Shown piece after piece: positions 13,880 through 15,490 of a stretch of 15,490 nucleotides of DNA. Origin of the DNA: an uncultured Thermoplasmata archaeon (GTDB taxonomy: Archaea; Thermoplasmatota; Thermoplasmata; RBG-16-68-12); the NCBI GenBank assembly GCA_963768855.1, contig CAVYJM010000005.1, positions 1-15,490 of the forward strand, given 5' to 3'. The notes under the pieces were generated by a model. That model searched no databases, was not told where the DNA came from, and worked only from the letters and a program-made list of their open reading frames with translations. Positions within the stretch are counted from its first letter, which is position 1. Each line of letters starts with the position of its first letter. Made by a program: the position numbers and the translations under genes.

Positions 13880-15490
13880 GTGTACCAGGAGACCCCGCGA
13901 TTGACGATGGAAGGCCGTTCTGTCGCGCAGCGCCGCTTTGCCAACCGCTTCTTCGTGCTGGTGCTCGCTATATGGATCGGCGCCGTTGCCATCTTCGCCG
14001 GCACGACGGTGAACTTCCGCTCCTGGATCAGCGTCCTCCAGTTCGGGCTGATGGTGTTCTTCCTGTTCAGCTTCGCAATCGTGTTCTCGAAGCGCGTCGT
14101 CTCCCTGTTCGTGAAGCCGTACCCGCTCCCCAAGCTCGACTCCCTCGCGAGGCAGCCGCGCGTCGCCCTCCTCTACACGACCATGAACGACGTTGTCCCG
14201 GACTGCGTGGAGGCGATTCGCCAGACGTACCCGGTGGACGTCTACATGCTGGATGACTCCTCGGACCCGTACAAGCGGGCCACCGTCGACGACCTGGCGC
14301 GCAAGCACGCGTTCCGGATCCTCCGCCGCCCCGAGCGCAAGGGGTTCAAGGCGGGCGCAATCAACGGCTGGCTCCGGCAGTTCGGCGTGCAATACGACTA
14401 CTTCGTCCTCCTGGACGCGGACTCGATCCTCCCGCCCGACTGGGTCGCGGAGGCATTGAAGTACGCGGAGCATCCGGAGAACCGGGACCTCGCGATCTTC
14501 CAGGGCCTCATCAACATCTGGAACACGGACCGCCCGTTCCCCCGCGCGCTCGCTGCGACGACCCTCCTCGGCCAGGACGAGTGGGAGCGTCGGGTCAGCG
14601 GTTACGTGGGCGCGGTGTTCTGCTACGGGCACAACGTCATGCTGCGCACGAAGCCGGTCCTAGAGATCGGTGGGTTCGTCGAGGACTACGTGTCCGAGGA
14701 CTTCGCGACGGCCGTGAAGCTCGCGTCGGCGGGCCACGGCTCCGTGTTCGTGCCCCTCCACACCTGGGAGGCCATGCCCGAGAACGTCCGCGGGTTCGTG
14801 AAGCGGCAGACGAAGTGGACGCGCGGGTCGATGGAGTTCTGGTCGTTCGTGCCCCCGGCCCGGCTGCCGTGGCGGAAGAAGGTCTTCCTCTACACGACCC
14901 CGATGAATCACGTGGCCTACATCACGATCATGTTCGCGATGGTCGCGGCCGTATTCGGCCGCGTCTCGACGCCCGGGGCGTTCTTCGCGTTCGGCCAGAA
15001 CCTCCTCGTCGCGCCGATCGCGTACATCTGGTCGATCAACCTCTTCCGCTTCATCATCGTCATGTCCCTCATCACGTCCGTCTTCACGGTCGCGAAGCTC
15101 GTCCAGGTGCGGCTGGGCTTCTGGCGGTACTACCGCGCCCGGACCCTGAGCAAGGCGATTGGGGCGATCATGCTCCCCCACGAGCTCCGGGCGATGCTCA
15201 TGTACCTCGTCGACCCGCGGAGGAAGTTCCCCGTGACGCCCAAGGACGAGCCGCCGATGACGATGCGGGAGATCCTCCACGTCGGCCGCGGGACCGTCGC
15301 GCTCGTCGCGGTCATGGCGGTCGGCCTCACGATGTGGAACCCCGTCGGGCTGTGGTACAACGCCCTCTGGTTCCTGTCGTTCATCACCGCCCCCTTCGTC
15401 CTCTACTACTACTGCGGCCCGCTGACCCGGCCCGCGACCGCGGCGGGCGAGGGCTCGCGCGATCTGCTTGCGGACCCGAGGATCCGGACG
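13880..15490 (+). CDS. Processive membrane GT2 glycosyltransferase, cellulose synthase (BcsA)/OpgH-like, 3'-truncated by the window edge
   Basis: Manually translated; absent from the track, open for 537 codons to the window end. Two N-terminal TMs, then LLYTTMND, VYMLDDS, RKGFKAGAIN, LDADS (14411-14425), YGHN, SED (14693-14701), KRQTKWTRG (14801-14827), further TMs and FPVTPK (15227-15244). Start is GTG 13880 (SD GGAGG 13866-70) or ATG 13907. Confidence 0.92.
   Translation, partial: MYQETPRLTMEGRSVAQRRFANRFFVLVLAIWIGAVAIFAGTTVNFRSWISVLQFGLMVFFLFSFAIVFSKRVVSLFVKPYPLPKLDSLARQPRVALLYTTMNDVVPDCVEAIRQTYPVDVYMLDDSSDPYKRATVDDLARKHAFRILRRPERKGFKAGAINGWLRQFGVQYDYFVLLDADSILPPDWVAEALKYAEHPENRDLAIFQGLINIWNTDRPFPRALAATTLLGQDEWERRVSGYVGAVFCYGHNVMLRTKPVLEIGGFVEDYVSEDFATAVKLASAGHGSVFVPLHTWEAMPENVRGFVKRQTKWTRGSMEFWSFVPPARLPWRKKVFLYTTPMNHVAYITIMFAMVAAVFGRVSTPGAFFAFGQNLLVAPIAYIWSINLFRFIIVMSLITSVFTVAKLVQVRLGFWRYYRARTLSKAIGAIMLPHELRAMLMYLVDPRRKFPVTPKDEPPMTMREILHVGRGTVALVAVMAVGLTMWNPVGLWYNALWFLSFITAPFVLYYYCGPLTRPATAAGEGSRDLLADPRIRT

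Noticed and set aside
1-15490. CRISPR arrays, IS elements/transposases, integrases, rRNA/tRNA
   Set aside because: No regularly spaced repeats, terminal inverted repeats with target duplications, recombinase motifs or stable-RNA signatures were seen. Nearly all sequence is accounted for by protein genes.

Overview
A very GC-rich prokaryotic window (about two-thirds or more G+C, by eye). It looks archaeal: short TTAA/TTTATG-type boxes lie about 30-50 nt upstream of start codons, ribosome-binding sites read GGAGGTG/GGTGA, there is a PKD-domain membrane protein, and one extracellular loop is packed with N-glycosylation sequons. A Thermoplasmata-type host is my guess only, since no marker gene is present. 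Left end: a truncated VOC/glyoxalase-like gene, a small hypothetical gene, a doubly anchored PKD protein and a 3-TM membrane protein. From 2.86 kb onward it is a surface-glycan locus with four GT4 glycosyltransferases, a class I SAM methyltransferase, a 672-aa GT-C/AglB-like polytopic membrane protein lacking WWDYG, an ABC-2 exporter pair, and a truncated cellulose-synthase/OpgH-like processive GT2. The ORF track misses two real genes because they run off the window (1..419 minus, 13880..15490 plus). One GT4 has no canonical start for its N-terminal ~85 codons; an ACG sits behind a strong SD at 4112, next to a G6 tract whose -1 variant would fuse two GT4s. No tRNA, rRNA, CRISPR array or mobile element is supported.
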